Origin: Sphagnum compactum
Taxonomy: Eukaryota
Assembly: GCA_965153455.1 (NCBI GenBank)
Contig: OZ234493.1
Span: forward strand, 28,696,213 to 28,760,212
Length of the DNA: 64,000 nt
Direction: 5' to 3'
In this document: piece after piece, positions 25,953-38,753 of the stretch
Numbering within the stretch: the first letter of the stretch is position 1
Layout: each line of letters starts with the position of its first letter
Position numbers and translations under genes: made by a program
Notes under the pieces: model-generated
What the model was told of the DNA's origin: nothing
Seen by the model: only the letters and a program-made list of their open reading frames with translations
Databases searched by the model: none

Positions 25953-28900
25953 CATAAACATGGTGGTCCCCAAATCAAAAAAAATTAAAAAATTAAAAAT
26001 TTCAATCTCCAAACAATCATTTGTTAATTTCGAATTTTTCAAAAGTTGATAATTAACTAAATACATGCTAAATACTATTATTTACTCTTGTTTATTTATA
26101 AATATGATGGTTTTAACAATTTCATAAATATTTAAATGATGTTGCAAAGAAAATAAACATCCTCTAATTATTTTCAAACAACTTGTTCATTTCTACAAAC
26201 AAAATTTAAATATTTTTATTTTTTGTGTTTTTTTTTTCCTCTGTTGTGGACAGGTGCAAAAGATCACAAAACTGAAGGAAATCACCAGACTTGACTTTGA
26301 TGTTCTAATGGAGATGATTATTGATATCAACCCTCACAAAGTGGGTATTTTATCAATCATGTACTTTGTGGAGTTTTTGCCCTTTTTTTATTAAAAAAAA
26401 AATTCTTATGACAATTGGATGTTGTAATAATTTAATAATTTTCCTTTGTTGTGTTCACTCATATGTTGTCAAATCTGAAAATCTCTATAACTCTATCTAA
26501 TTTTTATTGGGTAATGTCTCAATATTTCCATTCAGCTCGACACATTAAATCATAATTAAGTAATGATCAAGAAGGCCTTTATTTATTTATCCATGTATTT
26601 ATCTATTTATTCATGCCATGTTATATGAAGTAGATAAATATTTTGTGTATGAGCCTAATATATATTTATATTTATATATTCATGTAAAAAAACTGAAATA
26701 TATATATAATTTTATTTACTTTTTTATTAAAAAAATTATGAAGATTACCACAATGGTTAATTGATTTCAGGAGATGCTTCGGAAACCAAGTAAAGCTAAA
26801 GTGGCACCTAAGGTCATACCTTTGTCAAAAGAGGAGGTCAGATTTTTCCTCACATTTTTTTTAAAAAAAACTCTTCATTACATTGTTCTTTGTTTGGTGC
26901 CAAATTTTGGTTCGAAGAAAGTAAGTACAAAATGATAGTTTTAAATAGTCTAAATCCTTAGGGTGTGAGCATTCTCAAAATAAGCGGTTATGGGGATGTC
27001 ACATGCCCATAGTCTTTAACCTTGGGTTTACCTTGGGTAAAGCACAAGGCAAAAGTTACCATAAACATATGTTGAGCATGAGGCATAGGAGTGGGAGGGT
27101 TTTCATATTAGTCCTTAAGAGTGAGAGAGATCTTTTGTTGTCGATAAGTAGGCATAATTCTTTTTCACACTCTTTAAAGATTCATATTAGTCCTTAAGAG
27201 CGAGAGAGATCTTTTGTCGTTGATAAGTAGGCATAATTCTTTCACACTCTTAATGAGCAAGCCATAATATCCCTCCTCGTTTCTAAGAGCGATATTCATG
27301 AATGTAATAATGTTCCCTCCAAATACACTAGGAACTTCCTCTGACTGGTTTATTTTAGTTTGTTGTAAAAGAATGAATAAAAAGAGCTAGGAACTTAATC
27401 AATCTTCATGTAATATGTGTGATTAGCCAGTGCTCTACTGATCATTAATTAATTTGTCGAGATATTATTAGAGTTATCTGTAAAGTAACCCTCTCTTTGG
27501 GCCTCCTTTCAGCCCCTATCCCTCTTTCAGTGGTATCCACAAAGTAAAGACATTTTATCAAATCCCATTTTGAAATGCTGCAACTCAGTTCGAAATGCTG
27601 CAATTCAGCATTTAATGCACGAGGTTCGAGACTAATTATAGTAGTTGTACAGTTAGGAGCAGTGAAAATATATGTAGCAGCAGTGGAGGCTATAGTAGTT
27701 GTACAGTTAGGAGCAGTGAAAATATATGTAGCAGCAGTGGAGGCTATAGGAGTTGTACAGTTAGGAGCAGTGAAAATATATGTAGCAGCAGTGGAGGCTA
27801 TAGTAGTTGTACAGTTAGGAGCAGTGAAAATGTATGTAGCAGCAGTGGAGGCTACAGTAGTTGTACAGTTAGGAGCAGTGAAAATATATGTAGCAGCAGT
27901 GGAGGCTATAGTAGTTGTACAGTTAGGAGCAGTGAAAATATATGTAGCAGCAGTGGAGGCGATCAGGAAAAAGGAAAGAGAGGATGAAACTCAGTTTACC
28001 ACCAAAATGAATGGTTTTCTCAGTTTCATCCCCTGTTGAATGCTAATGTACTTTTTTTTTGCAGGTTTTTTTTAAAATCTCACCCTGTGTATGACCAAAC
28101 TCAAGGTTCTCGTGCTGTGTTTTTCTTACTTTACAGATAATTCCATCGTGTATTTTGGGGGGTTTTGAACATGTTTTAGGAAGTGGAGCTGGAGAATCTC
28201 TTCATAGCTGGTGATGCAAACCAGGATGGTGTGTTAACCTTGAATGAGTTCCGGGAAATCGTAAGTTCAGCTGATGCATCTGTCTCAGAGACAAATGCAC
28301 TGCGCATGTTCAGAGAGACTGTTACTCTCATGCCCGATGGTGGCGACAGCATTAGCCCAACTGCCTTTGCAATCGTCGCGCATGCTCATGGCCTTAAAGC
28401 TCCTGCAACAGTTGTGTTTGGACTTCTCAAGAAGACATGGTTGCAGGTATATATATATATATAATTACTGGGAGTAATAATGTTCTCCATGCACCACAAG
28501 AAGTTTGATTTTTGTGTGTGATTAATTCTAGGGTTTAGGGTTTAAGTTCAATTAATCCCTTACATCTTGGTTCACATTTCAACACTGAAAAATTGAATTC
28601 TCAGTCCTCAATTCTTGTCAATTGGGAATGGAATTTTTTTCAAGCTACAACTTTGACATTGGTGGTATGTTGTTTGTTTATATACATATATCTGTAATCC
28701 CCCCTACTTGATTTTCAGATCCAAGATGATGTCAATGAGGAGAAGATGAGAGAAAAGCATAAGAAGAAAGAGGCTGAAGAAATGCGAGCTTCCTTGAGGG
28801 AGATGTTCAAGGAGAAAAATGATGTGAGTCGAGCTGTGCAAACGTTCCGAAGCTTTGTTCTCAAATTCTGTGGTAGCCCTGATCATGATCATGATGAGGC

Positions 28901-29000
28901 TGAGATCAATGTGCTGGAACCACCACTAGTTGAGCAGCAAGAGGATCAGGAGCTACCTTCTCTTGAAGAACCTCTCAGTCAAGAGGAGGAAGCTGGATGA
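18022..29000 (+). CDS. Putative flagellar/axonemal protein: axonemal dynein light-chain (p28/DNALI1/AXDND1-like) domain, coiled coil and EF-hand, 1505 codons; in-frame TAG in exon 5 (possible null allele or pseudogene). Exons 18022-18610, 18814-19346, 19456-19857, 19987-20190, 20325-20486, 20728-20877, 21087-21161, 21357-21705, 21868-22612, 23542-23641, 23943-24158, 24715-25002, 26254-26340, 26771-26836, 28180-28446, 28719-29000
   Basis: All 15 introns are GT-AG with consistent phases. Exons 5-7 join to VLFPALQPGKREDVQLLGEWL...IAFLEVVRQVRLQCEERGDMLLYVW, resembling the p28 consensus FDELIRQVTINCAERGLLL. Exon 15 has the canonical EF loop DANQDGVLTLNE. The start codon is uncertain. Confidence 0.78.
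22903..22946. repeat. (CT)n microsatellite in intron 9
   Basis: Perfect CT run. Confidence 0.95.
24981..25684 (+). repeat. 8-copy ~73-100-bp tandem array of an exon end plus 5' splice site
   Basis: ccttgagaaagcctcaaa(a)tgag|gtaag...gtggaatt(aaatt)n atttattatctcaaccttcaaa at ~24981, 25083, 25172, 25266, 25350, 25439, 25522 and 25595. Confidence 0.95.
27105..27252. repeat. ~78-bp two-copy tandem duplication in intron 14
   Basis: catattagtccttaagag.gagagagatcttttgt.gt.gataagtaggcataattctttt...cacactctt occurs twice. Confidence 0.9.
27639..27960. repeat. 54-bp minisatellite, six near-perfect copies, intron 14
   Basis: tagtagttgtacagttaggagcagtgaaaatatatgtagcagcagtggaggcta x6. Confidence 0.95.
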
Positions 29001-29085
29001 TGAACACATGAAGGCACCAATATCAATACATATCTATAGTGATGTCTGTCTATCTGTGTGAGATCTTTGAACCCACTTGCAGTCT

Positions 29086-29572
29086 TACCTATCCACCTAC
29101 ATCTCAATCAAGAGGAGGAAGTTGGGTAATAAGCCCTTGAAGGCACATCTATGGACAAATTCCATGTGTGTTGAATTTCATTCATTACCATAACCCGAAA
29201 CCCTAAACCCTAAACCCTTCAATGCATGAAAGGTACAATTCATTTGGACTTGGAATTTCATCCATTCAACATGAATGAAACTGATCACACGAAAAATTTG
29301 GTCACATAGATGAAATGGATATCAATTTTGTACCTATCCAAATACCTTTCAATCAAGAGGAGGAAGTTGGGTAATAAGCCCTTGAAGGCACACACACATC
29401 TATGGACTAATTCCATGTGTGGTGAATTTCATTCATTAACATAATTCGAAACCCTAAACCCTTCAATGCATGAAAGGTACAATTCATTTGGACTTGGAAT
29501 TTCATCCATTCAACATGGATGAAATTGATCACACGAAGAATTTGGTCATATGGATGAAATGGATATTGATTT
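29086..29572. repeat. ~245-bp tandem duplication downstream of the stop codon, including echoes of the last coding bases
   Basis: tacctatcca...tcaatcaagaggaggaagttgggtaataagcccttgaaggcac...gatgaaatggatat starts at ~29086 and ~29331. Confidence 0.9.
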
Positions 29573-30929
29573 TGTTTTGCATCGTGGTTGAAATTGTATT
29601 TGAAGATGAAATGTTTTACATGAATGGAATTTGTCACATGGATAACACTTTTTTTTATGGATGAACTATGACCATATGGATTAAATTCAACATGGAGGAA
29701 ATCACACATTGAGGTGAACAATCTTTATGATTGAAGGATCATTTAGATGAAATAGATAACATGTATGGTGTTGACCACATGGATGGTGACATGATGGATG
29801 GAATAAACTTGTAAATGAAAGTGCCCATCATCCATATAGTTGAATTTCATGGTTGATAGCATTTATGTGAGCAAAATTCACCACTTAACCTATTTTCATT
29901 CATTGAAAGGAAGTTTAATCCATTTGTTTGATTTTGTTTCATTCATGCAATCAATTTCATCCATGTCTTTGAATATCATTCATATATGCAAGCCATATTA
30001 TTCCATGTCATCAATTTTGTGTGTGCAAAAATATCGTCCATGTCAAGTTTGTCCCAATGCATCATTTCCATCCTTCCATATGGTTTGAATGTCATCCATG
30101 TGGAAGTTTTAATTTTGCTTCATAATGTCATCAATTCCATCCATATGCATCCAAATGTTATAATATGGAAAGTTTTAAACTTTTGCTCTATATCATATGT
30201 TTCATCCATGCCCAAAAAAGTTTCATGCTCAAGGAGCATTATGAGGGAACAAGTGAACATTATGTACGAACATGACCAAGAAATGAACTTGGTCATATTA
30301 TTAATAATAAGTTTTTAAATAATTTCTACATACTAAAAAGTAGGCATCCCAGAAGTATTCACCTACCTAGTAATAGAAAAAAATCCAAATCCTTTGGTCA
30401 TCATTAGACTACTAGGGACCTATGTAGCTATTGTATAGGTGCTTCCAAACTAGGGATTGAAGGGTCTTTCCTCTTCACTATCTAGGCACCTATAAAGTTA
30501 ATTGGTAGATGCTTGCATAGTAGGGGTCTAGGGATCTAGTGGTTTAGGTGGGGCCGAAATCTTACCCTTCATATTGGACTAAGTAACTATAAAACTACCC
30601 TATTGGTAGATGGTTTTAATATAGGGGTCTAAGGATTAACAATTTGGGCCCAGATTCTATCTATCATTATAAACTAAGTACTTACAAAGTTTCTAGTTAC
30701 ATGTACTTTTAGAATAGGGATCTAAAGACTTGCATGGGCAGCAATGACTCCTATGACACCATATATAAAAATTCAGTTTATATCTCGATATCGAACAATA
30801 GTGACATCAAAAAATTTGTGGCACATAAAGTCATAGATGTGATTTGGTAGTCACATTTCATATTTTTGCTTTAAAAACCTCCAAAAACACACATGTTGTA
30901 ACTGGCAACTATTTGCCACTTACACAAAT

Positions 30930-33150
30930 TAACACAATAGTGTGGTTTGCCAAGCCATTGGCAATGGACTATTCATAAAGAAAATTTTGCATAGTGAAAA
31001 AATGTTGGTTGTAGAATTTGGTGTAGAGGTCCAAATGTGGGTGAAGTTGGTTGTGTAATCTGTTTTTCATGAAATTGATTGTATTAAATGTGCATTCATC
31101 AACAAAACCAAGCACTTGGAGTGTTGCAATTTCAACCAATTTGATAAATTTCGAGATTTTATGGTTGATAATGGCAGAGGCAAAAATCTTACACCAAATC
31201 CTAATGAGAGGATTAAACTCATTCTCTTCCTGCAAAATTGCCTTAGACTGATGCAACATGGTCACCTTCAAAAAAAAAGTTTGCAAATCAAAGGCTTGAC
31301 CAAAAAGCAATGCAAGAACATACTTCCCACTTTCACCCACCTTCTAAAATACACAAAACAAGGCCTTCAACACATTCAAGTGACTAAACAAGGCCTTCAA
31401 CACATACAAGTGACTAAACAAGGCCTTCAACACATTCAAATGACTATGAAAAATCTTCTCTTGGGTTAGTAATTTAGAATTGTGGGTAAACTACACCAAG
31501 AGTTGTCATTAGTTCATATTGAGGGAAGTAGTATTCAAGTTTTGCAATGACGCCTCACGTTGCACCCTCACATTCATCTTTAACTTTGTTGATGGCCTAA
31601 TTGAAAACATCCTTGGTGACATGTTGTAGATTTCTAGTAACATCAAGGCGAGATTGGTAAATAGGGTATTTCCAATCAACAAAGGGAAAAGAAAAATAAA
31701 CATTGGCATTTCCATTTAAGTTAGAAAACCAACTCATAGATAGGTTGTCATTGGTTAAGGCTACAATGGAATTGGAATCATCAAATCCATGATCTTCATC
31801 CTTGGCATACGAATCACAATAGAGTCAATACAACTTTTGTTGGGCTAACTTGACAAATTCCACAAAATCACATACGAAAATATCCCTGCTATGTGCAATC
31901 TTGATTGGTGCATGCACACACTCAAGCATAATGAGGATACATGGGATTCCAAGGATGACCTCAACACCACAAAGAACATTCAAGTTCCTCAAAATTGGTT
32001 CATTCCTTACACTTTCAGTGTGCATCTTACAATGAGTGGGTGATATTTTAAATGAACCTACTTCACTGGAAATAACATAGAAATCCACTTGGTTTTGACG
32101 TTCTTCAACAACTTGTTCCCCTTGGTGTTTAGCAAATCAATAAGCTTTTCTTGGAATTTCTTTGGACTATGTGCAAAAAAAAATACAAGGCCTACAACAT
32201 GCTTTCAAGTTGTTGCACCAAATCCAATTATGAAAGAATAGCAACATCCAAGTTTATTTTATGAGCAAAACAATGGACACCACTCAAAAAGGGGTTGACC
32301 TTTTCTTTGAACTGCATTGTACGTAACACCAGTTTGATGCCCCTAAAACACACTACTGATGTCACAACCCATGTTAATTAGCTTGGATCCCAACTCCTCA
32401 AGCCCTAATCCACCAAAATTCAACAAACTTTTAACCGTCAACCTGAAAACATTGTTAGATGTGGCAAAAAGTCCCATAATTTCCACACATAGGTGGATTG
32501 GAATTCTTTTCCAACCATCAACAACATAACAATGGACTAACAACCACTAAGTGTTGTCAATTGTTGTGACTTCATTTGTATAAATGTTTATGAAGGCAAC
32601 AAATGCAAATGCAAGTTTTGTAGCTTCCAATAGTGTACCATGCATAATTTTTGCAATACCCCAACTTGATGAGGTAGACAAATGTTTTTTGGAAACATTA
32701 TTCACAAACAACATCTTGTACAATGCGTTGAAACCTTCAAAATCAATCATAGGACATCCATGAACAAGAATGTGAAAAATAGTGGCAAATTGAACATATT
32801 TCCATTTGTGATTAGAAGAAACATCACATTGGAACAAGTCCACAACATAAGGGTGTCAACCAATTATGTATTATTGCTCATTCTTGGCATGCACAAAATT
32901 TTTGTTCATGTAATATGAACCAACATCCACCCCAAGAATGGAAACTTTTGTTTTGTGACAACCAATGAGCTTTTGTAAGCTATTTAATTTTGGAGCCAAT
33001 AACTTTTCTTTACCTTCCACAACTATGCAAATCATGCATCACACTTGTACACTTTTCCTTTCTCATTAACCATTAACTTAGCCCAAGGTAAGTGAATAAT
33101 CAAGCATCCTGGAATTTTTGAGCCCCTTCATATAGTTTCCCTTTCTTTTG
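30930..33150 (-). mobile_element. Decayed hAT-superfamily (ZNF862-like) transposase
   Basis: Fragmented ORFs: YVQFATIFHILVHGCPMIDFEG, EVTTIDNT*WL.VHCYVVDGWKRIPI, MGCDISSVF, and a C-terminal dimerisation-like KLVEIATLQVLG..DECTFNTINFMKNRLHNQL. Includes a 30-bp x3 repeat at 31355-31445. Confidence 0.7.
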
Positions 33151-33913
33151 ATCAGGACCTTACTTGGATAAAACATTATAAGTGGAATCACAAACAACAA
33201 TGGGTGGCAGTGGTGAAGAAAAAACTAACAGATAGGACAAAATTTGAAGTTTTTGGGAATTTGTAAAAGGGACATCTTGCTTTAGGTTTTGAGAAATCAA
33301 GTAGAATAGCAAAATTGAAATCCAAACCCTAAAATGTCAATTTGTAAAAAATTATAGGAATAAACATTAGAGATGGATATGGGAATTTGAAGGTTTGATC
33401 AAAACCCTAAAACCCCAATATGCATAAAACTAAAAGCCCGAGATGAAGCTTCAAAGGATAAGGATGGTTTGTTCAAAACCCCAAATGCTCCAATAAAAAA
33501 TAACTACAAGAGTAAAGGAGATGGGTTTTGGAATGTCTTAGCTAAGAAAAAATAGTTTGTTTTTTGTTAGAATTTAAAGCCACTTTAGACGAGGGACCAA
33601 GGTCCAACAAAATGGAGCATTCCTATTGGATGAAAACCATAAATTAGACCCAAGGCCTTTAGATGAGGATCTGAAACCAAATGAAACCAAATTGAAGTGG
33701 TATCTACATGGCACCATTTTGGAGGGAAATTCAATTGGTCCAAACCAAAAATGGAGCTCAAAGGAAAGTTCATGGTTTAAAGAACCAAGATGTAAACTAG
33801 GGTCCAAGGTTGTTTCTTCCATTGTTTTTCATTACTTTTCACTATTTTTCATTGTTTTCATTGTTTTTCAAGGTTTTTTTTTCACTTGTTCTTGGAGTTG
33901 AAATTGTGCAAGA

Positions 33914-35228
33914 ATGGAAAACATTTCATGGATGGAGGAGGACATTGTTGAGTGCACACCCACCATTCCATTTTTGAACACATCTAGTGCTAGCACAATT
34001 GCTTTTGTAGATCCACTCAAGGTTGTTGTTCAAAGGAGCGCATTTTTAGTTTTTGGAAATATTCAAAATGAAGGTGTTTCAGAAGTGAGGACAAAAAGTT
34101 TTGGTCATGGAGGGTTGAACACATTCATTTTCACAAGTGGAGGGAAATTTGGATTTATAAGAAATCCTTAAACCAGCCCCCCTTCCCCCAAAAAAAACAA
34201 AAAATAAGTTAGTTATAGTTATAATGAAAGAGGAAGATGAGGAAGGTGATAAGGCTGAGAAGGTTGGAAAAAATTGGGCGGATGGTGAAGTTTTACATTT
34301 GATTGCACTACAAGGAGAAATGGAGTTTGAATTTACCAAAAATACGAAAAAACAAAGTAAATTCCAATTTATTGAAACCCTATAAATTTTTCTAGATCTA
34401 ATTTTTGTTTTGTTTTCATAATTGAAACTTGGATGTAATGATAGGATTTTCGAAAGCAAAGTAGGCTCAAAAAAATCTAATTGGGCTAATTGGGCCTTTT
34501 AAAGGTCCCCCTTTCCCCCATTAAAGGTCACCATTTCGACCACAATGAATTTGAACCCACATCAGCTTGGGGGGGAGGAAAGGAGCTAACCACAAAACCA
34601 ATTTTATTTCAAGTGTTGTGATGTGGTTTGCATTTGTTTTGTTCATGTAATCAATTTTGATTTTTTTGTTTCAAGGACTATTTTCAACCCATAAGTCAAG
34701 GTTTTTGATCCTGATTTTTTTTTTATTTCAAGGGTGGATACATGGGTCAAATTGCACACCCGAATGTTGGCTACATTCATTGGTTTTTCAAGGACTCCAA
34801 TTTTGCAAGCAGAAGTTCAATGCAATTTACAAGCAATACAAAGATGCCAAAATTGCAAATGGGATTTCAAGTAATGATCATCATGAATGTCTTTTTTATG
34901 ATGCATTGGATAATTGATGGCACTGAAATGGAAATGTGATGAAACATGTGAATGTCACTGCAAATGCAATTGATGAAATTATGGGCAATCCATATTTTCA
35001 AATAGATTTTGATAGTGGTTCTAAGGATGATGCTAGTAAAGAGCCTTTAGATAGACCAATCACTCCAAACGAAGTTATAAAACAAAACAAAAGGCAGAAG
35101 GTCAATGTCCTTGAACATTTTTCAACCATGGCTGAAAATAACATAACAATGTTATAATAATTTGCAAAAACTAATGTTTTGTTCAAAAATATGGATGTCC
35201 AAATTGGACATTTCATAGATAAGCTATA
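33914..35228 (+). pseudogene. Harbinger Myb/SANT-like DNA-binding protein, disrupted
   Basis: KNWADGEVLHLIALQGEMEFEF and CKQKFNAIYKQYKDAK...FYDALDN motifs, with stops and frameshifts. Confidence 0.72.
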
Positions 35229-35439
35229 GGTTACGTAACATATGAGTTTTGAGTGATTCACCACAATTTGACCCGAAATTTGATGTATTCAGGAAAGCAA
35301 GATTGCCATTTTTTCTCAGACGAACTTCAAAGAAGTTTTTTGCTAAAAGTTCATGAGTTGCCATAACATCCATCAACATTTTCTTGATCCTTTCTTCTTT
35401 TGCTTTCTTACTAGGATTGTTTTCAATGGTTGTCACATT

Positions 35440-37590
35440 TACATCTTCACCTTGATGTTATATGTCCTCCATGTTAATCCTATCATCATCCATTATCCCT
35501 AGATTTTGTAGCCTCTTCATCTGTTTGATTGTTTCTTAAGCCACTTTGAACAAATTAACTCCTTTGATGTTGCCAAATGTTGAATTTGATTTTGCTTATG
35601 CTTCTCTTTGAGCTTCCAAAGCCTAGTCCATATCAAAGCCATGGCAACCTACATGTTATGCATACATATGTAATTCATCACCAAGTTTAGCATGTGGTGC
35701 AATGGAATGTCTACTCTCTTGAGTAAAATTTTAAACTTTCCTTTCAACATTTTGAAAGCTCTTTCAACTAACATCTTCATACTTGATTGGATTTAATTCC
35801 AGTGTGCTTTGTATCTTGGCAACCCATCTTTCTCACCTTTGAATCGAGAGTAGAACCATGGTCGCATTGGATAAGTAGCATCTCTTATCAACTTGTAAAG
35901 TAAAAATTTGTTTTTCATCACTCAATTTCCTAATTCTAGTTTTTGGAAAAGAGCCTAATCATGAATACTACATGTCCACCCATAGTCATAATCCCAGAAA
36001 CTACATTTTGCATGTTGCAACCCTAACATTGGGTTCATGACTAAACGTGAAGTGCAAGGGCCATGAAGCCAAGAAAGTGCGTTCGGGTGTGAAACACACT
36101 TTCACAAATGGGGGATAGTGCAAGGGATGGAGCTCAATGACTCCCAAGTGCACTCATATTTTGAGAGTTACACTCATGCAAGAGTCTTGAATGTTTATAA
36201 CCTTGGTTGGAAAGGCAAACAAACATCAAATTGGGCCCCCAACAAGTCTTGAAGTGTAGATGCCTAAAGTGCCCTCTGATTGTTCATGTAGACCTGATAT
36301 GCATGAATTATGATAAAAAGAAAAGGTAAGAGTCAAATTGGGAATTTGACTCCTGACCACAAATCCCCTTAGAGTAGGGGTCAAATGATCTCCAATTGAG
36401 GCGTGCAATACACCATTAAAAAGATATTTTTGAAGGCTATAAGATAGTGCCCTCACATGCTCCAAACATGCTTGATCTGAGGAAAATATGAATGTACAAA
36501 GTTTTAGGACAACAAGAGTCCCAATTTTGGGACTCCCATTTAGGAGTCCCGGGAAGAAGTGCCATTTGGATGTAGCTCACACAGAGAGTCACATAGTATA
36601 CTATAGGGAGGGGAATGGTGCCTCTTCCCAAAGGTTGCAAGTCGTGTAAAACTTATGTTTAAGGTTGTCCTTACTAAATCCATTGCACCATTTGCATTCA
36701 ACTTACATTAATTGGCTTCTTTCCTTAATTTTATATGTTGATTTCATCTTGAATTCTTGCTTGTGAGTTTGTTGAAGTTCCATCTCAAAACTCCAACATG
36801 GTTTCTTACCCCCGAAATGTTGCGAACTAGAGAGCATGGTTCGACTATTTCTTTTTTAGTTGTTTCATTCTGGGACCCACATTTGTGTATCTTAAGGAGT
36901 TTGGGGGTGTGTCATTGCATTTATAACTCCTTGAATCAATGTGGAATAGAAACTTTTCTGACAATAATATGATTTGGGATTTATTTTAGGTGCAATAATT
37001 CGAACATGACTACCATCTATGGTACCTAAGATGTAAGGAATTCCATGTAAATGTTCAAAACCAATGATAATTTAATTGAAGTATCACCAATGGTTGCAAG
37101 TTTTTTCTAATTGTTACACAAATTTCTCTCATTATAATGGATGCCGTACTTTTTGCAATGCCATAGACCTATCCACACATTTGTAATGAATTTCCATTAT
37201 CCAATCTTGCAAGAGCCATTACTACTATAACTTCCATAGGGATGTTTTTTCTCATGTTTATATTTTTTCGTTCAAGACTTGGACCTACAACCTTAATCAA
37301 AGCACAAAATGTGTCAAAGTTTAACCTTGTACGTTGTCGAAACATCTTTTTCGAAAAACTCCCAAAAAGTTGATTCTTCATATATTCAATTGCCCTCTCA
37401 TACCTCCGTATGTTCCAAAGTCTTGGCGGCATGTCCACAAACTCTTAAAAAAACAGCAACACACTCATCATACTCTAATGTTGTGTAATAGTTACTCCTT
37501 GCAATGAGACCACTTGTGCAATGACTTGATGGATGGCCATAGTAAAAAGTAGGACTACCAATATCTTATGCCTATGCTCATCCATTGTGT
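35440..37590 (-). pseudogene. Harbinger DDE transposase (HARBI1/DDE_Tnp_4-like), disrupted and split by a solo LTR
   Basis: FRQRTRLNFDTFCAL, MALARL.NGNS, GIPYILGTIDGSHV, GWTCSIHD, DATYP and VERAFKMLKGKFKIL motifs. Confidence 0.85.
36013..36914. mobile_element. Solo LTR (902 bp) of an LTR retrotransposon
   Basis: Begins TGttgcaaccctaa and ends ggggtgtgtCA. The 5-bp TSD TTGCA is at 36008-36012 and 36915-36919. Removing it rejoins the transposase. Confidence 0.9.
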
Positions 37591-38753
37591 TTTTGTAATA
37601 GAAAGCACACAAAAAAACAGAAAAAACAAGAAACAAAGAAAAAAACATGAAAAAAAATGAAAAAAGAAAGAGAAAGAAAAACAAAGGACAACCTAATCCT
37701 CTCTATGTGAATCTCACTTTTTTACTAATTGGACCTTCAAATTGAACCCTATGCCTTTACACACTCTCATTGTACCTTACAAGAAAGTGTTTTTTTAATG
37801 TGAAGAAGGGTCCAATTTAAAGATTCAATTCGCTTCAAATTGGTCCCTCGTCTAAAGTGGCCCTTAGAAGTTAGCACCATGATCTAGAGACTGAAATGTG
37901 CACCTAACCCCCAAGTTTCAACTCTGAAGTTGAAATGTGCACCTAGCAAGCTAGCCCCCAAGTCTCACAAACAATTTGTAATCAAAATTCAAGAACTTAA
38001 CAACCAAAATGTGTAAAGTTTACTAGACCGTACCTGTAACCTAGTTCCTAGACTGAGAATGAAACTTTAAATTCTACTATTAGGTTTTCGAATCGTTGCA
38101 GCTGCACTCCGTAAAGGAAATCTCAAATCTTTGGTTGTTGAATTATGAGACTATTGCAACTTTTGCCATTTGGATGCTTGCAGCCAAGGTCATTACTCTA
38201 GCAAGGTGGTGTCTTGTACACGAGATCTTGTTTTCAGATCTTTTCAAATCTCCCCCAATTTGCCTCCAAGACTTAAGCAGTGAAGCAAAAGCTACAACTT
38301 CCAGTGCCTCTCAGAATCCATGAGGATGGACCGCCAAAAAAAGCCATGTTTCTTCAATTTCAAATCAAACATGGAATTCAATATCCAAATTTTACAATTA
38401 CTACAAACTAGTTGATTATACTAAACTACCGTCACCATGCAAGTGCTGGTGAATTTTAGGTGTGTTCATGTCGCCACATGCTGGCGATTTCTTAAGGTCA
38501 CTCATGTCATTGCTTGCTGGTGAATTGACAAATCCTGTACAAGGAATGGTGGCAAGAAGATCTATTGCAATGGCAGCCTAACTTGGTGAGATGGTGATGG
38601 GAGGGAGAGAGACAATGGCAACCTCAATATTTAGAATATACTAGAGATTTCGGCTAACTAGTCCAAATTTTGGCCTTATCTTTACAGTGGGGTTGTCACA
38701 AGCCCATTTGTGTGTGTGACATTTTGACGATTTTTTGCAAAAGAAAAGGCTGA

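Larger units (their letters stand above)
33577..37863. mobile_element. Full-length decayed PIF/Harbinger DNA transposon
   Basis: TIRs aagccactttagacgagggaccaa (33577-33600) and ttggtccctcgtctaaagtggccc (37840-37863) match 22/24. TTA flanks both ends (33574-76, 37864-66). It contains two convergent genes, Myb/SANT-like and DDE transposase. Confidence 0.92.

Noticed and set aside
27575-28039. 154-aa hydrophobic repeat ORF
   Set aside because: Produced by a 54-bp intronic minisatellite; no independent gene signals.
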